Part shown: positions 42,808-56,007 of the stretch, in pieces
Layout of the letters: each line of letters opens with the position of its first letter
Position numbering within the stretch: the first letter of the stretch is position 1
Translations under genes and position numbers: made by a program
The notes under the pieces: model-generated
Databases searched by the model: none
Told to the model about the DNA's origin: nothing
The model's input: the letters and a program-made list of their open reading frames with translations, nothing else
NCBI GenBank assembly: GCA_037447605.1
Contig: CM074807.1
Location: 3,608,829-3,672,828, forward strand
Reading direction: 5' to 3'
DNA length: 64,000 bases
Source of the DNA: Zygnema circumcarinatum SAG 698-1b
Lineage: Eukaryota > Plantae > Zygnematophyceae

Positions 42808-43834
42808 GTTGCTTGTTTAAGGCCCACAGCAAAAAAGCGATCAGCTGATCAGACCCCAAACACCTGTTACGTAATGGCTCTGTGACACGGTGCAGCAATG
42901 AGAGCACTTGAAAGGGTTTTTCCCCGAGGCAATACCGCAGTGTGGGAGCAAGGAACCCTGAGTATAAACCGCGTTGTATCTTGTTCTTGGAAGAACAAAC
43001 GTTTGTGTACTCAGAAAAATAATATTGCTATTGTAACTCTGGTATTTGCCAACCATAATTCGTCGACTTGCAGGACCGGTTGCCTCCCTCAATCTGGGAC
43101 CTCTGAATGACGTGGGAAATACAAAAGTCCCAACGGCTGCTACTGCAGCAAACCCAGCCCCTTGTGAAGGTCAATATTGCTTTGACCTGCTCAAAGGAAC
43201 CCTAATCCAGCTCTGCCTAAAAGGACTCTTGTGTGTCTGCACAGCTGTACCTCCAATTTGAACATGCATGGACAGAAATTAATGTCTTCGTACAGTCTGA
43301 TAGGGCATAACCGCATAAGCGAGCGCGTGCCAAGAAGATCTGCATGCAATGTCCACCTCTGCTGGCATGCAAATCTGCAGTGCTTCCCCTGCTCCACAGG
43401 CCACACGTGCCAGGTCAAATGAGGAAGCAAGTGGCTGCTGCTGCTGCCTGGTAGGGTGGCAGAGGGGCACCTGAACCTGTCCTTGCCCTGGGGCCTGCTG
43501 CAGCAGCAGCAGCAGCAACTGCCCTCCCTGCTCTATGCCACAAATTCACAGTGGTTCCAAGAATCTGCGTAATTCCTTATCTCCTCAATTCTCATTCTCC
43601 CTGGAATCCTGAGAGTCTCTCTCTGTCTGGATTATGAGTGGCAGTCATGAGGCCATGTCCAGAATGGCCTCCCATGGTCCCTGCATGCGATGGGCCGATC
43701 AGGCCACCATGTCCCACATTGTCCTCACACCATGGTCCCGCCAATGTGTTCGCAAACATAGATGTGGAGCATACAACATGCAATTTTCTCCAAACGTGGG
43801 ACATAGGAACCGAATGCAATTGGGTTTGGCATTG

Positions 43835-44200
43835 ATGGATGATCTCACGCATGACGATGCCATCAATAGTACATGGCCAAAAAAAGTATGGAGAACCACA
43901 AGGAACCGGCCACAAAGGACCTAGGAACAAGGGGGAATGCAATGAGCAGAACTCCGCCACGGTGGGATCAATGCCCATCCTTTCCAAAGTTCCACGTACA
44001 AATAGGGCGAATATAACATGGTATCCTACTGCAATCATGCCCCATGGCCATTAGGGGTCCCATAGCCCACATAGCACACACATGGTGACATGAGAAAGAG
44101 AAGTGGCATTGATCTTACGATGGCGATGCTGCCATCAAATGTACATGGACAAAATCATCATGGGGACCCACGAAGAACTGGTCGCAAAGGACCTAAGCAC
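43835..44200 (+). repeat. Two diverged direct copies of a ~100-bp dispersed repeat (TGGCATTGATCT..GCCATCAAATGTACATGG..AAAGGACCTAAG)
   Basis: Copies at ~43835-43925 and ~44100-44200; the same family recurs at 48598-48828. Confidence 0.8.
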
Positions 44201-45033
44201 AACCACAAAAACATGAGTGTTCGCTATGCAGTAGTTCCCGTTCATGACATGGCCATGCATGCATGCATGCCCCGTTCCATAACCGCCGGCCCTGATGCCA
44301 CAGACAGGGAGGGGGAGCGACCCGTTGGACGCCCGCCAGCCAAGCTCGCCAGCCAAACACCGTCATTCACCACACATGTGAATCATCAGGAGCCAATCAG
44401 CCAGCTTCCTGGTGCGTGCAAAACGCCACGTGCGCATGTTCTGCCCTAACGACGTCGCCCTTTGAGCTGAGAGGGCGTTCGCCTGTTCGGCGCTTCGCTT
44501 GCGCTTCAAGGTGAGAGCCGCGTCCCTCATCATGCAGCGTTTCTCTTTAGGATGTTTTGAAAACTGGCATTCTTTAAAGACAGTCGATGCCGCTTTTTGC
44601 TTAAAATTTGTGTGTCGGATTTCAGGCTGAGGGAGGAGGCACAGACGACGACGCAATCCCCATGCATGCCGTTGGGTAGGGCGTCGCATCCATCGTCACT
44701 GAAGGACATAGGGACTGGTTATGCTGCTCTTCTTTAGATTTTGTTGCTTGCCAAGGTTGGGCTATGAAGCGCATGCATTTCCTATTGACGAGGTTTCGTA
44801 GGGTTACTGGCTCCTGCTTGGATCATTACCAAGAGGCTATTGATCATTTCGACGACCGGGGTAGAGGGCTTCTCTTGCAGGTCTTTGTTGAAAAAGCTCA
44901 AAATTCATTGCGAGGATGAATTTTTATTATTGGAGGCACTGTAGGGTTGCCTTGATGCGGATCTTGCAGTGTACTGTGTCTTTTTGCAAGCAAAAGAATA
45001 ACTTATTCCCCCTACCTTCCTTCTCCGACCATT

Positions 45034-48000
45034 TTGCATGGCAGGCCTCCTTCCAAATATGCGAGGATCCATTCATTGTTACCATCTATTGCAAGTTTAT
45101 GCCCCATTTCCACCACAGTGATTTGCCGCCTTCGTTGTATCTTGCAACATCAGTTAGCGGCGAGCAGTAGCCTTCATGCTTCCTCTTCAAGTCAAACTAT
45201 TGCGGAGAAAGGGGGTTCAGTTGTCGGTGTAGCGGAAACTTATGGAAGTGATAGGCAAGAACACTTGCACGATTCATATAGAGGGGAAGGGCAATTCTGG
45301 GAATCAGGAAGACATTATGAAGATGGAAATTTACTTAGGGAGGACGAGGATTTTTCGAGACACTGTGGTGGAAAATTTATTGGACAGATCAATCAGGCGG
45401 AAGGTGGCCGGGCTTATCAGGAGCGTTCTCTGAATCAGGACGTCGACTATGTTGCTCTGGACTTTCATGGAGTGGAGTCGAGTTTTACTGAAGCAGCGAC
45501 GAGGTGTAATGATGGGTTTATGGTTACCACCTATAAGTCTAGTTCAGAATTTTCTTCCTCATTGCCTGACAGCTCTAGCGTGTCAGAAAGCCATTATGTG
45601 CGTTTAGAAGAGGACTTGGAAAGTGGGCATAGTTCTAGCTGTGGAGACAAAGTAGACTTAATCTCACTAAGGTTTTCTTCAACCACCCAGTGGGGAGGTG
45701 GCGTTCATGACCACAAGATAGAACGTTGGCTTAGGATAGAGCAGGGGAAAAGGCCTCTTGCGTCGGTGAACAAGCCATGGCAGCGTACACTTGGAAGTGT
45801 GTTGGAAGTAGGAATGAGGTCTGGCATGGTACCTTCACGTGTGTACCATCCAAGGGGTCCTCTTGCATCTGCGTCGGCTTTTTTGACAGCCGATGTAAAG
45901 GAAGCTTCATCCAGCCAGGATGAATGCTTGAGCAAGATGTGGCGACGGCGAGGCTTGGGAAGGAACAAGGTACTTTTCCTTGAACACTGGTCGTCATGAA
46001 AGACTCGTACTGCAAGTCCTCATGCACACTCTGTGGCACAATAAGTAATGACTTCGCCAAGCGGAATACGTGGAGTGTCTTGCGTTGAATTGCAATTGGT
46101 GGCTGTTAAAGAGATCGTGTAGTATGATCGAGTTCCGACAATCGGGGGAGGGGAAAGTTGGGTCATTGTTGCCTTTAGGTTTTGCCGGGTCCGACATGGT
46201 CAACTCGTATGCTAAAATTGGCACGCATAGAGGCAACCAAAGTGGAGCGCGAACGAGAGAGAGTGTCAGCAGATGAGACCGTTGTCGCTGGACTCAGATT
46301 GCACGCTATAGCTCCTCTGGCCATAGGAGGGGGAGGTGACCTTGGCGATGCCGGAGCTCTTTACCGCATACTTCAGGTAAGGGGTTGTGAGTCAATCTGG
46401 AAGACATACAAAAAGAAATTCATTTTTGTTTTCGTTTTTAGTACTCTTTAGGACATTTTCTGCTGCTCATTTTGCGTACTTTTACCACAAAGACCTATTT
46501 GCCTCCAGTTCATCCTTCTTTCATCTATAAGAGGCTTAATTGAGGAATATCTCTTTCTGGCTCGTTAGCTGTCAGCTTTACGCCCACTTAGAAGAACTTC
46601 ACCGGCTGCTAGCTAGGTGTAGGGGTCTCGCTTGAGTTGAAAACCAGAGATATGACAAATCGTTTCGGTGATACTCTTACTGTCTTCCTTTTACTTTTAG
46701 TTTAGCCCCGCTCACGATGTCTGGAAAGATATTCCTTTCTCTGGTAATCACCTCGCGGTAGTCATCTTCACATCCAAACTTGCTTCTGTCTGGATCATGT
46801 GCAGACACAGCGCTTTTCAGATAAGGCAGAAAAGATTTTCCAGTGGGCGAAGCAGCAGCCGGGGTATGTTGCAGATGCACGAACTTATGCAGAGTTGACT
46901 CGTATAATGGCATGGGATGGTGAGGCGGAGGTAGCCGAAGAGCTGCTTACGGAGATGTGGTTTCGCGACCTTGCCGTGGATTCAATTACCCTCTTTGCTG
47001 TGCTGGCAGCGTATGCTAAAGCTGAGAGGTAAGCATGGGCGTTTAATCTCAGCTGGGATGGAATTTTTTTGCAATTATAAGGTGAATCTGTCTAGGGGAA
47101 TCTTCCCGATATGCAGCTAGACCTAATGCGTCAAGAATCTTGCCAAGAAGGATCCATGTCTTGCTTGAGGCTCTGCGGTGTTTGCTCTGAGTAGGAACTG
47201 ATAATGGCGTTTCTTGCCCATTTTTTTCCTTATACGTTATGCCTTGTTCGGGACTTTGTAAGGGATTAGCTGGAGGATCGGCCCTCCGTTGTATGGCATT
47301 AGTCCCTTAATACAGCGCGCTATTGGCTACATCCCTCTTTTGCATATAAGCCCGGGTAACCACTGTCTCTTTCTATTCGTTTGCCTGAAATTTGGTATTG
47401 ACTCTACTGCAATGATGTTGTGTGAACTGGTTGTCCAGGTACGTGGAACTCATTCGCTTATACGAGCACAGCACAAGGACATGGCAAGTTGCGGAGCATG
47501 ACGCATGCTTTGTGCTGCTGTTGTGGGCCTATGCTCGAATTGGGCAAACAGAGGAAGCACTAGTTATCATGGAGAGTAGGGAACAGAGCCCTTGGGCAGT
47601 TAAGGGCGATCTCGGGAAGTTGCGTAGGAATCTTCGTTTGCTTCAGTCGTCAGGTGTCCACCCAAAGGTGCAGGAGGTTATGGATTTGGTGCAGGCACTC
47701 TGTTGCAAAAGGAACTCTCAGAAGTATACTGAAAAGGTGAAATCCCTGTACAGGAATGGAGAAAAGGAAAGGGCAGGGAAGTTAGCTGCCTTCGTAGGAA
47801 GGTATTGGGATGTCCCATACTGGACATGGCGGGATCAGCTTGGTTTGCTTCTGACTGGAGAAGATTTGGAAGAGGAAAGAATTTGTTCAGATCCGGAACA
47901 GGAGGTTGACAAGACACTGACATCTTCTCTGACATATTTTCTGAAAAGAGACCTTTTTGAGGAGAAATTTGCGAATGAGGTGAAGGGTGCTTCAGGAGGT

Positions 48001-48195
48001 GGATGGAGAGTAGAGCATGCATCTGAGTTTCGGAAGGAGCAGGAGAAGCTCAGTGAGAAGGAGAGGGATGCCCATGCATCCCAAATGACAGGTTTTGGAG
48101 GGTACTTATGGAGTCTGGGAGAGTTTTGCCGGAACTCGACTCGCACGGGCCAACTCCGTCTTTTGAATCGAAGAAAAGAATTTCCTAAGGTCTGA
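45034..48195 (+). CDS. Pentatricopeptide-repeat-containing protein (start codon and 5' exons uncertain)
   Basis: Exons ending ..ALYRILQ|GTAAG and TQRFSDKAEKIFQWAKQQPGYVADARTYAELTRIMAWDGEAEVAEELLTEMWFRDLAVDSITLFAVLAAYAKAER, then FVLLLWAYARIGQTEEALVIME; these are degenerate P-type PPR motifs. The stop is at 48195. Confidence 0.65.
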
Positions 48196-48597
48196 TTCAA
48201 CAGCGTGGTTCTCTTGGCGCGGCTCAGACTTCTACATTTTTGAAGTTAGGGCAAACATTTTTGGAGCCAACATTTATTGCAGGAAATAACATGCTGCACA
48301 TTCGGTGCAGCGCAAGAGGTTCCCTCTTGGAATCCTGTCCAAGCCCGTGTCAAAGCTATCATTGTTTTGGTGAAAGCACCATGCTCGCACCTTTTCATTA
48401 GGGGAAATGCTTCAGAAGTTTGTCTTTTTATACTCGAGTCATGCCAAGAGAGCGTTGTAATTTCCCCCTTCGAATAAATGTCGTATGTCCTCTTCTGTTA
48501 AACATCCTTTTCCATTGTGTTCTTGACCTATGGCTTAACTTCAGGAAGCTGATAGAAGCTACTGAGAAGCCTCCTCCTCTCAAATGCAAGCAATGAA

Positions 48598-48828
48598 TTG
48601 GCATGGATCTCATGGCGGCGATGCCATCAAATGTGTACAAGGACGAAAAAACATCATGGAGAACCACGAGGAACCGCTCACAATGGACCTAAGCACGAAA
48701 GAAGAAAGCTATGAGTTGAGTTGGTCTGTCCTTTAGGTCCTTTGCGACCAGTTCCTCGAAGTTCCCCATCCTGATTTTGCCCATGTACATTTGATGGCCT
48801 CGCCATCGTGAGATCAATGCCACTTACT
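48598..48828. repeat. Inverted pair of the ~100-bp repeat (foldback/MITE-like, ~230 bp)
   Basis: Forward copy 48598-48696 and reverse-complement copy 48730-48828 with a ~35-nt spacer. The reverse copy closely matches the 44100-44200 copy (both translate as SGIDLTMA..PSNVHGQN..G..R.TGRKGPK). Confidence 0.78.
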
Positions 48829-50017
48829 TCCATTACCCTATGAATTGAACTCTGTGGGCTCGCGAACAGCCCCAAAGGTCACCCACCGATGTGGGTGCAG
48901 CCAACAACAACTTGCAGCGAGTCGAAGCGGAGGCGAGGCAGCCGGAAAGGTGTCGTACAAGCAATAGGGCCCGATATCTATGTCGCCGTTCCATGGTCCC
49001 GTTACAGTGCGCAAGCACGAGCGTTCAGTTCTGGAGATGGCCGTTCAGAGGTCGACACGTCAGCTCCAACTGGACGTGGGTAGGTGGATTTTCCAGTAGA
49101 TCAACACGGATCCCAGTTCGAATTTCAGCCAATGATTTTTTGACACGTCAACTACAATTTGAAAAATATTGAAGCTGATTACCGTTCTTTTATCCAGTTT
49201 GCGAGGTTAAGTCCATTTTTCACGGAACTGGTCACATGGAACGGAAATTTGGACCCACCTGCAAGAGAGCATCTTCCTTGTGCGAATTTGTGACGTTTGT
49301 GGCTGAAAGTCTCTCTCCAAATCCGTTCAGGGAGGCGCAGGTCTTGCTTGCGGGGCCGGATCGTAACAGGTGCAGCTCTCAGGTGTCATATTTGAAGAGA
49401 CAGGTTGAAGTGGTTGTTATCTTATTGACTGATCGCCGGAATCACTCGATTGGCAGGTTGTTTGCACGGGTGGAAGGTGAGAGGGAGCAGTTGCTGTGGC
49501 ATTCCAGTGTTTTTTTTTATTAGAGGGGCTAGAGGCTGAATGCAGGGGTGGAAATATTGCAACAGAACGCTTGTTTTGAGTAGTGTTGGGGTCGTCATTT
49601 GTGTACCTCGTTTAGAGAGTGTGTGGAAATATTGGAAAGGGATATCTATTGGTTGTTCTCCTGATGGATTAGAGAAGGTTATGGCTGTTTTAGGGTTGAG
49701 AGCCCTGGCTGGTTCTTTGCTGCAGGTAGTCTTGTGAACGTTTTGAGTGGTGTTTTTTGAAATAGCCATTGGTTTGCAGCAGATTCGTCAGAGGAGTTTG
49801 CTACTGAATCCGTCTGCAACGTGGACATGCGTTAACTATGAATCGCTTTATGGATTGGTTCATTTTGCAAGTCCGACGAGTGCAACTCGTTGTTGAGATG
49901 CCTCGGGGATGATAAGATGTCTTGCCTTTTGTACATATAATACAAGACATGGTTTTGAAGTTTCCATGGGTGGTGCGTTTGCAGTAGATTCCCCTTTTTT
50001 TGAAACCGTCAGCCATA

Positions 50018-53000
50018 ATGAAGTTCCTTGAGTACACGCCGTTGGAAAGGTATCTGTTTTCATCCAGGCTGTTGACCTAAAGAACTGTGTTGTGCGAAGA
50101 AAAGACGCCACTAGCTGATTGTTTAGACCATGCCAGTGTGTTACAGCTTCGTCTTTCCTTTTCATAATGTTTGATTTTCCCTGAAGCCAGCTGTTCATAT
50201 ATTTGCTATTCATCAATGTCCTGAGCGCGCATATTGGTGAAAATTGTTTGCAGGATAAATGCCATCCTTGCGAACGTCAATCTGGGAGACTACCTCATGC
50301 AAGGAGTCCTTGAAGCTTATTCATGTGCGTAAGAATGCCAACTTTCAGTGTTTGAATATTTCATTGTGGCTCCGAAGCTGCGATTCGAATGTAGGAATGT
50401 TCCTATCTCCGTAAGGATGAGACTTCTGTCTCGTTTCAGGCTGCGGATGACAGCTATTATTTTGAAGATTGGAGTGACCACACCTAATTTTTATCACATT
50501 GAAGAACCAGATTTGGAAAAAACTAGCTTTCTATGCAAGAATACTCCAAGCTGCCTGACTAGCGTGCTGAAGACAGTAAAAGTATGTATCACCTTCATCT
50601 TTGGTTGTATGTGGGATTATTTCTTGCTGTATGTGTTGCGACACTCAGGCAAACTGGCGGGTATGGACAAGAAGCTATCGCGAAGTTTGGAGCAAGAGGT
50701 GTGTGCGCAATTTCCCTTGGCAAAAGTTCTGAAATATCCTTGTTCTGTGGAGCTTATGGCTTTCCATTTTTTTATGGCAAATCACGTTTTACTGCACTGT
50801 CTTTTTTTAAGTTGGATCATCTGGCTAGCTTGTAAAATTAGAAAGCCAGGGAGTCCTCCACTCGCTAAACTTTATTGTTATCACATCGAAATTTCTTTAC
50901 TCGAAGCATGATGTCCTTCGGGCCAGGTTGTGGACTCTCTTGCAATATCTCCTCAAGATTTGGCTACCTCCCCTGTGGGACCACTTTCCAATTCTTCAAG
51001 GTTGGTACCATGTTGATCTCTCTCTTTCCTATTTTGCTTGCGTTAACCTGTGAATAATGATATGAATACTTTCCTGTTGATTTTAAACCTTTTTGCCTGT
51101 ACATGGGATAATGAACCTCAGAAGCTTGTCTTAGGTCTAGTTTTTTTGCTCTGGATATTTGTTGAGCTTGCGTCTTTTGGCATTTGTAAAGGTGCAAAAT
51201 TGCAGTCAAGGTTCGCCCATGAAAGAACGTTTTGAAGGAATGTTGCCATTGTAAACGCCGCAATGGCGTGTTTTCTTTTTGCAGCCGAAGGACTCTTATA
51301 TACCTCATTCTGACATTGAACCACATGTACCCCGACTATGATTTCAGGTGCAAACCTAATTCCTGCTCATGACATAGTTTTGTATAGTCTTTTGCTGCTC
51401 CACGACAGGCTGAAATTATTTGAGTTGTTTGATAGGGGTCCAAGCTCTGAGATGTCATTGATTATGTATGTGTATTCATTTCATGGCTGAGTTGGATAAG
51501 GGTAATGTAGTTGCCGACCCTTAACTGGGCGGCTCTGCATCCCACTGAAGCACATCCGCCGGCTGAAATGTGGGAAGTGCTGTCGAAGGTTGACAAGCGG
51601 TGTACATAACCGTTGCTCCATTTGGAGCTGAGAGTTCGAATCTCTCCATTTCCTACAAATACAAAACTGCCATGCTTGACATTGGCAGTCATTGTATTGG
51701 CTTAGTTTCGCTACCACATTGTCCAAGCTGAAAAGAACCAGCTGAATGAGAGCTGGATTTCTTTTTGGTATTTCCTCTTCAGGGACATTGCAAGGACATT
51801 TCAATTCAATATTGTGGAAGAGATAACTTATGTCATTGTTAACTGTCCGATGTGTGAAACTGAAGTCATGTTTCAGCCTCCAAGGCTTATGTTTTCTATT
51901 GTTGAGGCGTCTGGCTTTCTTGCTGGAGTGATGCTGCAATACGGAACGCCACTTGAGGTTAAGCATTGGGGGGCACAGCACATTGCGAGCTCATCATTTT
52001 ACGAAAGAAGGCCGAATCAGTGCCGTCAAACAGAAGATTGACTATGCCCTGGTGGATGTTGCAAAGGTGAGAGATTCAGGGCCTGGTTTGGTTTGTGGTT
52101 ATCTGGTTTGCCAACTTCAGAGGGCTAGGCTCCTTAAACTCAGTGTATTTGTTTATTGCTTGCCTTCTCAAACGTTCAACTCAACGAGGTAGATTGGTGC
52201 GAGCAGATTTGGGAACGGCAATCCGGTGAGGACACATCATTGTTGGAGATTTTGTGGAAAGCAATTGATGAGGTACGCGTTTTGACTAGTGCATGATAGT
52301 GATCAAATGCTCATCAGTAATCCACCTCTAAAACACAATGTGAAGTCAATGCTGTATACTTTCCTATCCAGGTTTCCAGTTGCTCATTGCTTTCATTTTC
52401 ATGGTAGCGTGGTCGTTTTCATCTCTTTGAATATGTTGTTCCACTTTATGTAAAGGCAAGACTGCTTACACGTTAATTGGAAGTGCCCGCAAAGCTTGTC
52501 TTTGCCACAAGAAATCAGTTTGATAATGAGTGGATTTCTTAACTTTGATCATCTGATTTTAACAAGTTTTATCTCCTACTGCTTTACTCGCCTGGTCGTT
52601 TCATTCCTGATCCCCTCAAATAGAATCAATCTGTAGTTTCACATACATCTATAGTCTGCTTAATCCGCGATCACAGAACTTTCTTCTGGCAGGTAATGAA
52701 TCTGGTGGAATGTGAAGTATACAGCTACAAGCCTGACATGGAGGGAGACCCATTTACAGAGAATGGAAGCGTGTAAGTTTTTACCGAAGTTTAGGTTATC
52801 TTGCATTGTTCAGCTTGCCGCACGGATGTAGCACAAGACTGCGTGTTTTTTTCTTGATATCTAGCATAGGCGGTATGCCCCTTTTAGACTTGCTTTGTCT
52901 ATTCTCGTGGATGACCCTTGGATTTTTGTTGCAGCTGGTCCTTCAACTACTTTTTCTACAACAAGAAGCTAAGACGCGTTCTCTATTTCAGCTGCCGATG

Positions 53001-53569
53001 TATAAGGTGAGTACCCTATCAGTTGCTGAAACAGACCTTGTAACTTCTTGATCACTAAATCTTTTTGTACAGTTAATGTATAGATTGTAAGGCAGTGCGT
53101 TTAAGTGATACTGTGCTTCTGAACCTGTAGTAGATGTTGTTTTCTTAGGATTGGTTGCAATTCTTGTCATGTACACCTTAGGCCTGCTACCTGCATATAA
53201 AATGCTGCGGATAAAATTTTGTGTGGTTCGTGTCAACAGCGCTACAGATTTGGTGTGAAAATGAAGTCATTTTGTCAGAGGTCAGCTTTCAACGGGTTAG
53301 TTCTCGAACTAGGTGCTTCCGTTTCCTTCAATGTGTGAGGGCTTTTAGGGCTCCCTCAGAAAAATCAGCCAAACCTGTGCTACTCCATGAGCCTCACCTG
53401 AGTCCGCTTTGTGACCGTATCAGGCCCTTAAAGCCTGGAAACTGCCTTTGACTTGCATGTTTTGTGTAATTGTCGCAGTAAACACTCATTGGACGAATCC
53501 TCCTCTGATGAAGTCCCAAGTGAGGATGACATGTATTTCACCAACGACATGGATCTTGACGAAGCGTGA
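50018..53569 (+). CDS. MAF1: MAF1, repressor of RNA polymerase III transcription, 10 coding exons
   Basis: [11 protein letters not shown]|[31 protein letters not shown]|..[29 protein letters not shown]|..[38 protein letters not shown], then an acidic tail. All junctions are GT-AG and in frame. Confidence 0.97.
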
Positions 53570-55019
53570 TATGTTCGCTTTCTTATCGTGCTGCATCAGT
53601 TCAACGGAAGGAGATTCTCAGATGGTGTAAGCATCGAAGATGCTGACTCCGTCCTATGTACAATAGTTTGCTGTATCGCAGTACTAGTTTGCATGTGATG
53701 GTCCGCTTTTCATCATGCGTATATATGTCGGCAGTGCACTTTTAGCAGCAAGATGCAGAGTTTGATAGTATGTTAGGAGTCAATTGCACCATGTTGTGTT
53801 AGGGTTTGCGTTTCTGCTGTCTATATTGTTATGCGTAAGGTCTGTCCGTCTGTCTGTCTGTCTGTCTGTCTGTGCATGTATATATGGAATGCACTAGGGT
53901 CTCCCTTTCAGTAGCTTTGGACACATAACCCTGCACATGGGAGCAGCACCTTCTATTAATCTCTAGTGTGCACATGTATTTGAGATCACTCGACTCATGC
54001 TTTAGGAATGCTCTATTGCAACTCGCTTAACCGTTGTAACAGTTTAATTTTCGAAAGTTTCTTCATTTTGATTTTTCCAATTTGCCTTAACATTTGTTCA
54101 TCGATGGTCGAGGCTGTGCTTCCGTTGAGTTGCTTGTCACTGTTTCCTTCCTACATAGATAAGTCTACCTTCAGGATCCTAGCTCATGATGGTGGTTTCC
54201 GCCTCCAATGTTGAATGCATTTCAAAATTTGAAAAATAATGATTGCATCACCGTAAGCTGTAAAGCTGCTGACTAGTCAACCAACTGCTGCGGACTCGTG
54301 TGAAAGTTATGATGCTTCTGGAAAGGCATTTTAACATCGGCTTAAAAGGGAGAAAGAATGAAAACTGACGGACAGCGTGACCTTTCCCGAGTGAATCACG
54401 AGCTTTGCAATCGAGAAGGACTTTGTCTTCAATGTGTCCCAGTGCGAAACCAGATATTGCGCGTCCTAGTTTCTCACGCGTTGGGAAAGAAGCACCCAAG
54501 TGTGCACCATAGGCGGCAAGCTAAGGATGGAGCATGGGCATGTGTGCGTCTATGGCAAATTATTGACCAAGTAATGACAAGGAACTGATGGGGAAGTTCT
54601 AAATATGGACTCGTGTGTAATATGACGTTTTAAACCTGTGAATTAATGACCAAACGACAATTACTAGCCATGTATTCATGACACGACGTTTTCTTACTAC
54701 CAATGAAGTTATGTTTGGAATGAAAGTAGAGCAATGACCACAAGGAAAATGACTATGAGTACACCAATGGCCATGACTTTAGTCTGTGCTCGACAGACAG
54801 ACACACACTGGAGCGCTCAATTTCGGTATGGCTCCCTTACATCGGCATGGGCCGGACTGTCTTTGAGCCCAGCCCCCGGCTGGCGGCGCCAAATTAGGAT
54901 TCGATCTAGGCCAGATTGTTTTGTAAGTGAGAAATTCGTCTCGGCTAGAAAATATTAAAGTGAAGAGATGGGCATTGAACATATTAAAAAGGTTTATTAC
55001 ATGGCTCTCATAGTGCGAC

Positions 55020-55145
55020 GTATTCACTGCAAGGCGTTCATGCGACATACGGTGTCGCATCGCATGTCGCAAAGTCGCACTATGATATCAAAACCGAGTA
55101 AAGTCGCATGCAAGTCGCACTTTGAGAAACGTGTCGCACTATGAG
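55020..55145. repeat. Cluster of GTCGCA(T/C) short repeats, probable transposon-terminus remnant
   Basis: About 7 GTCGCA/TGCGAC motifs in ~120 bp; no TIR identified. Confidence 0.4.
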
Positions 55146-56007
55146 AGTTGCTGCTAGTCACAGCCACTAGTCAACCTTAAAAAACCAGTTGACCTGGGAG
55201 GGTATTTTAGTTGACCAAATCTGACTAGAAGGTAACGGCAACTCGACATTCGGCACTTTTCGCTACCGACAAAACTCCAACAACCTCGCTTCCTGCCAGA
55301 TTCCGCGCAGTTTCCGCGAAGCTGTTCTGCATGATTCTAGAAGCTTACAGAAGGACTGGCCCAGATAACACCCGAGTATGACGTCATCTGGCGCAGCGCC
55401 CGCCAATAGGACGGCAGCTCCGCGCCATTTGTCAAAACTCCTATCCAGTTCGATAACTGACCGCCAGGTGGGTTTTTGTCTTTTTCAACGAGCTTCACCT
55501 CATTTTAGGCCCAGTCAGAATTAGCCACGTCACTCTAAATTTTCAACTTTTTAAAATATGAAGTTCAAAATGTTGGGAATTTTCAACATGGAGCCGCTCA
55601 ACTGCGAACGGGAACTGAAACTTCGCTAACCCACACGGCACACCTTCGCAAACCGGACACTTCAAACCCAGTTTTTTGAGATAAACCAGAAATTACGGTA
55701 AATTCGCATTTATCCAGCCGCCACGTGGCTTCCGACTACCGGTGCCGGTAGCCTCACCGACAGAAAACGCGGACAATCGCCGCCGGTTGGCGATCTTACC
55801 GACAGATCCAACGTGCGATATCACGGTACTTTAACATCGGACGGTAGAGATGGCCTCCGTACGGTTGACACCGCCTGCGGGCGGTTGACGGCGGAATGTC
55901 CGAAAGGCGCCGGCCGGCAGTCGGCGGCTCTGACAGGCTGAGGGAGGCGACGGCCATGGTCATGGCGTGAGGAAGACGCGGGGCTGTGCATGCAGGGGGG
56001 GGGGGGC

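Noticed and set aside
43835-48828. ~100-bp repeats as a CRISPR array or RNA gene
   Set aside because: The context is eukaryotic, the units are long and diverged, there is no regular spacer pattern or cas gene, and no tRNA/rRNA signature.
22624-53569. MPC, CML, RING-vWA, MORC, PPR and MAF1 as a functional gene cluster
   Set aside because: Their functions are unrelated, orientations are mixed, and nothing links them beyond ordinary eukaryotic gene neighbourhood.
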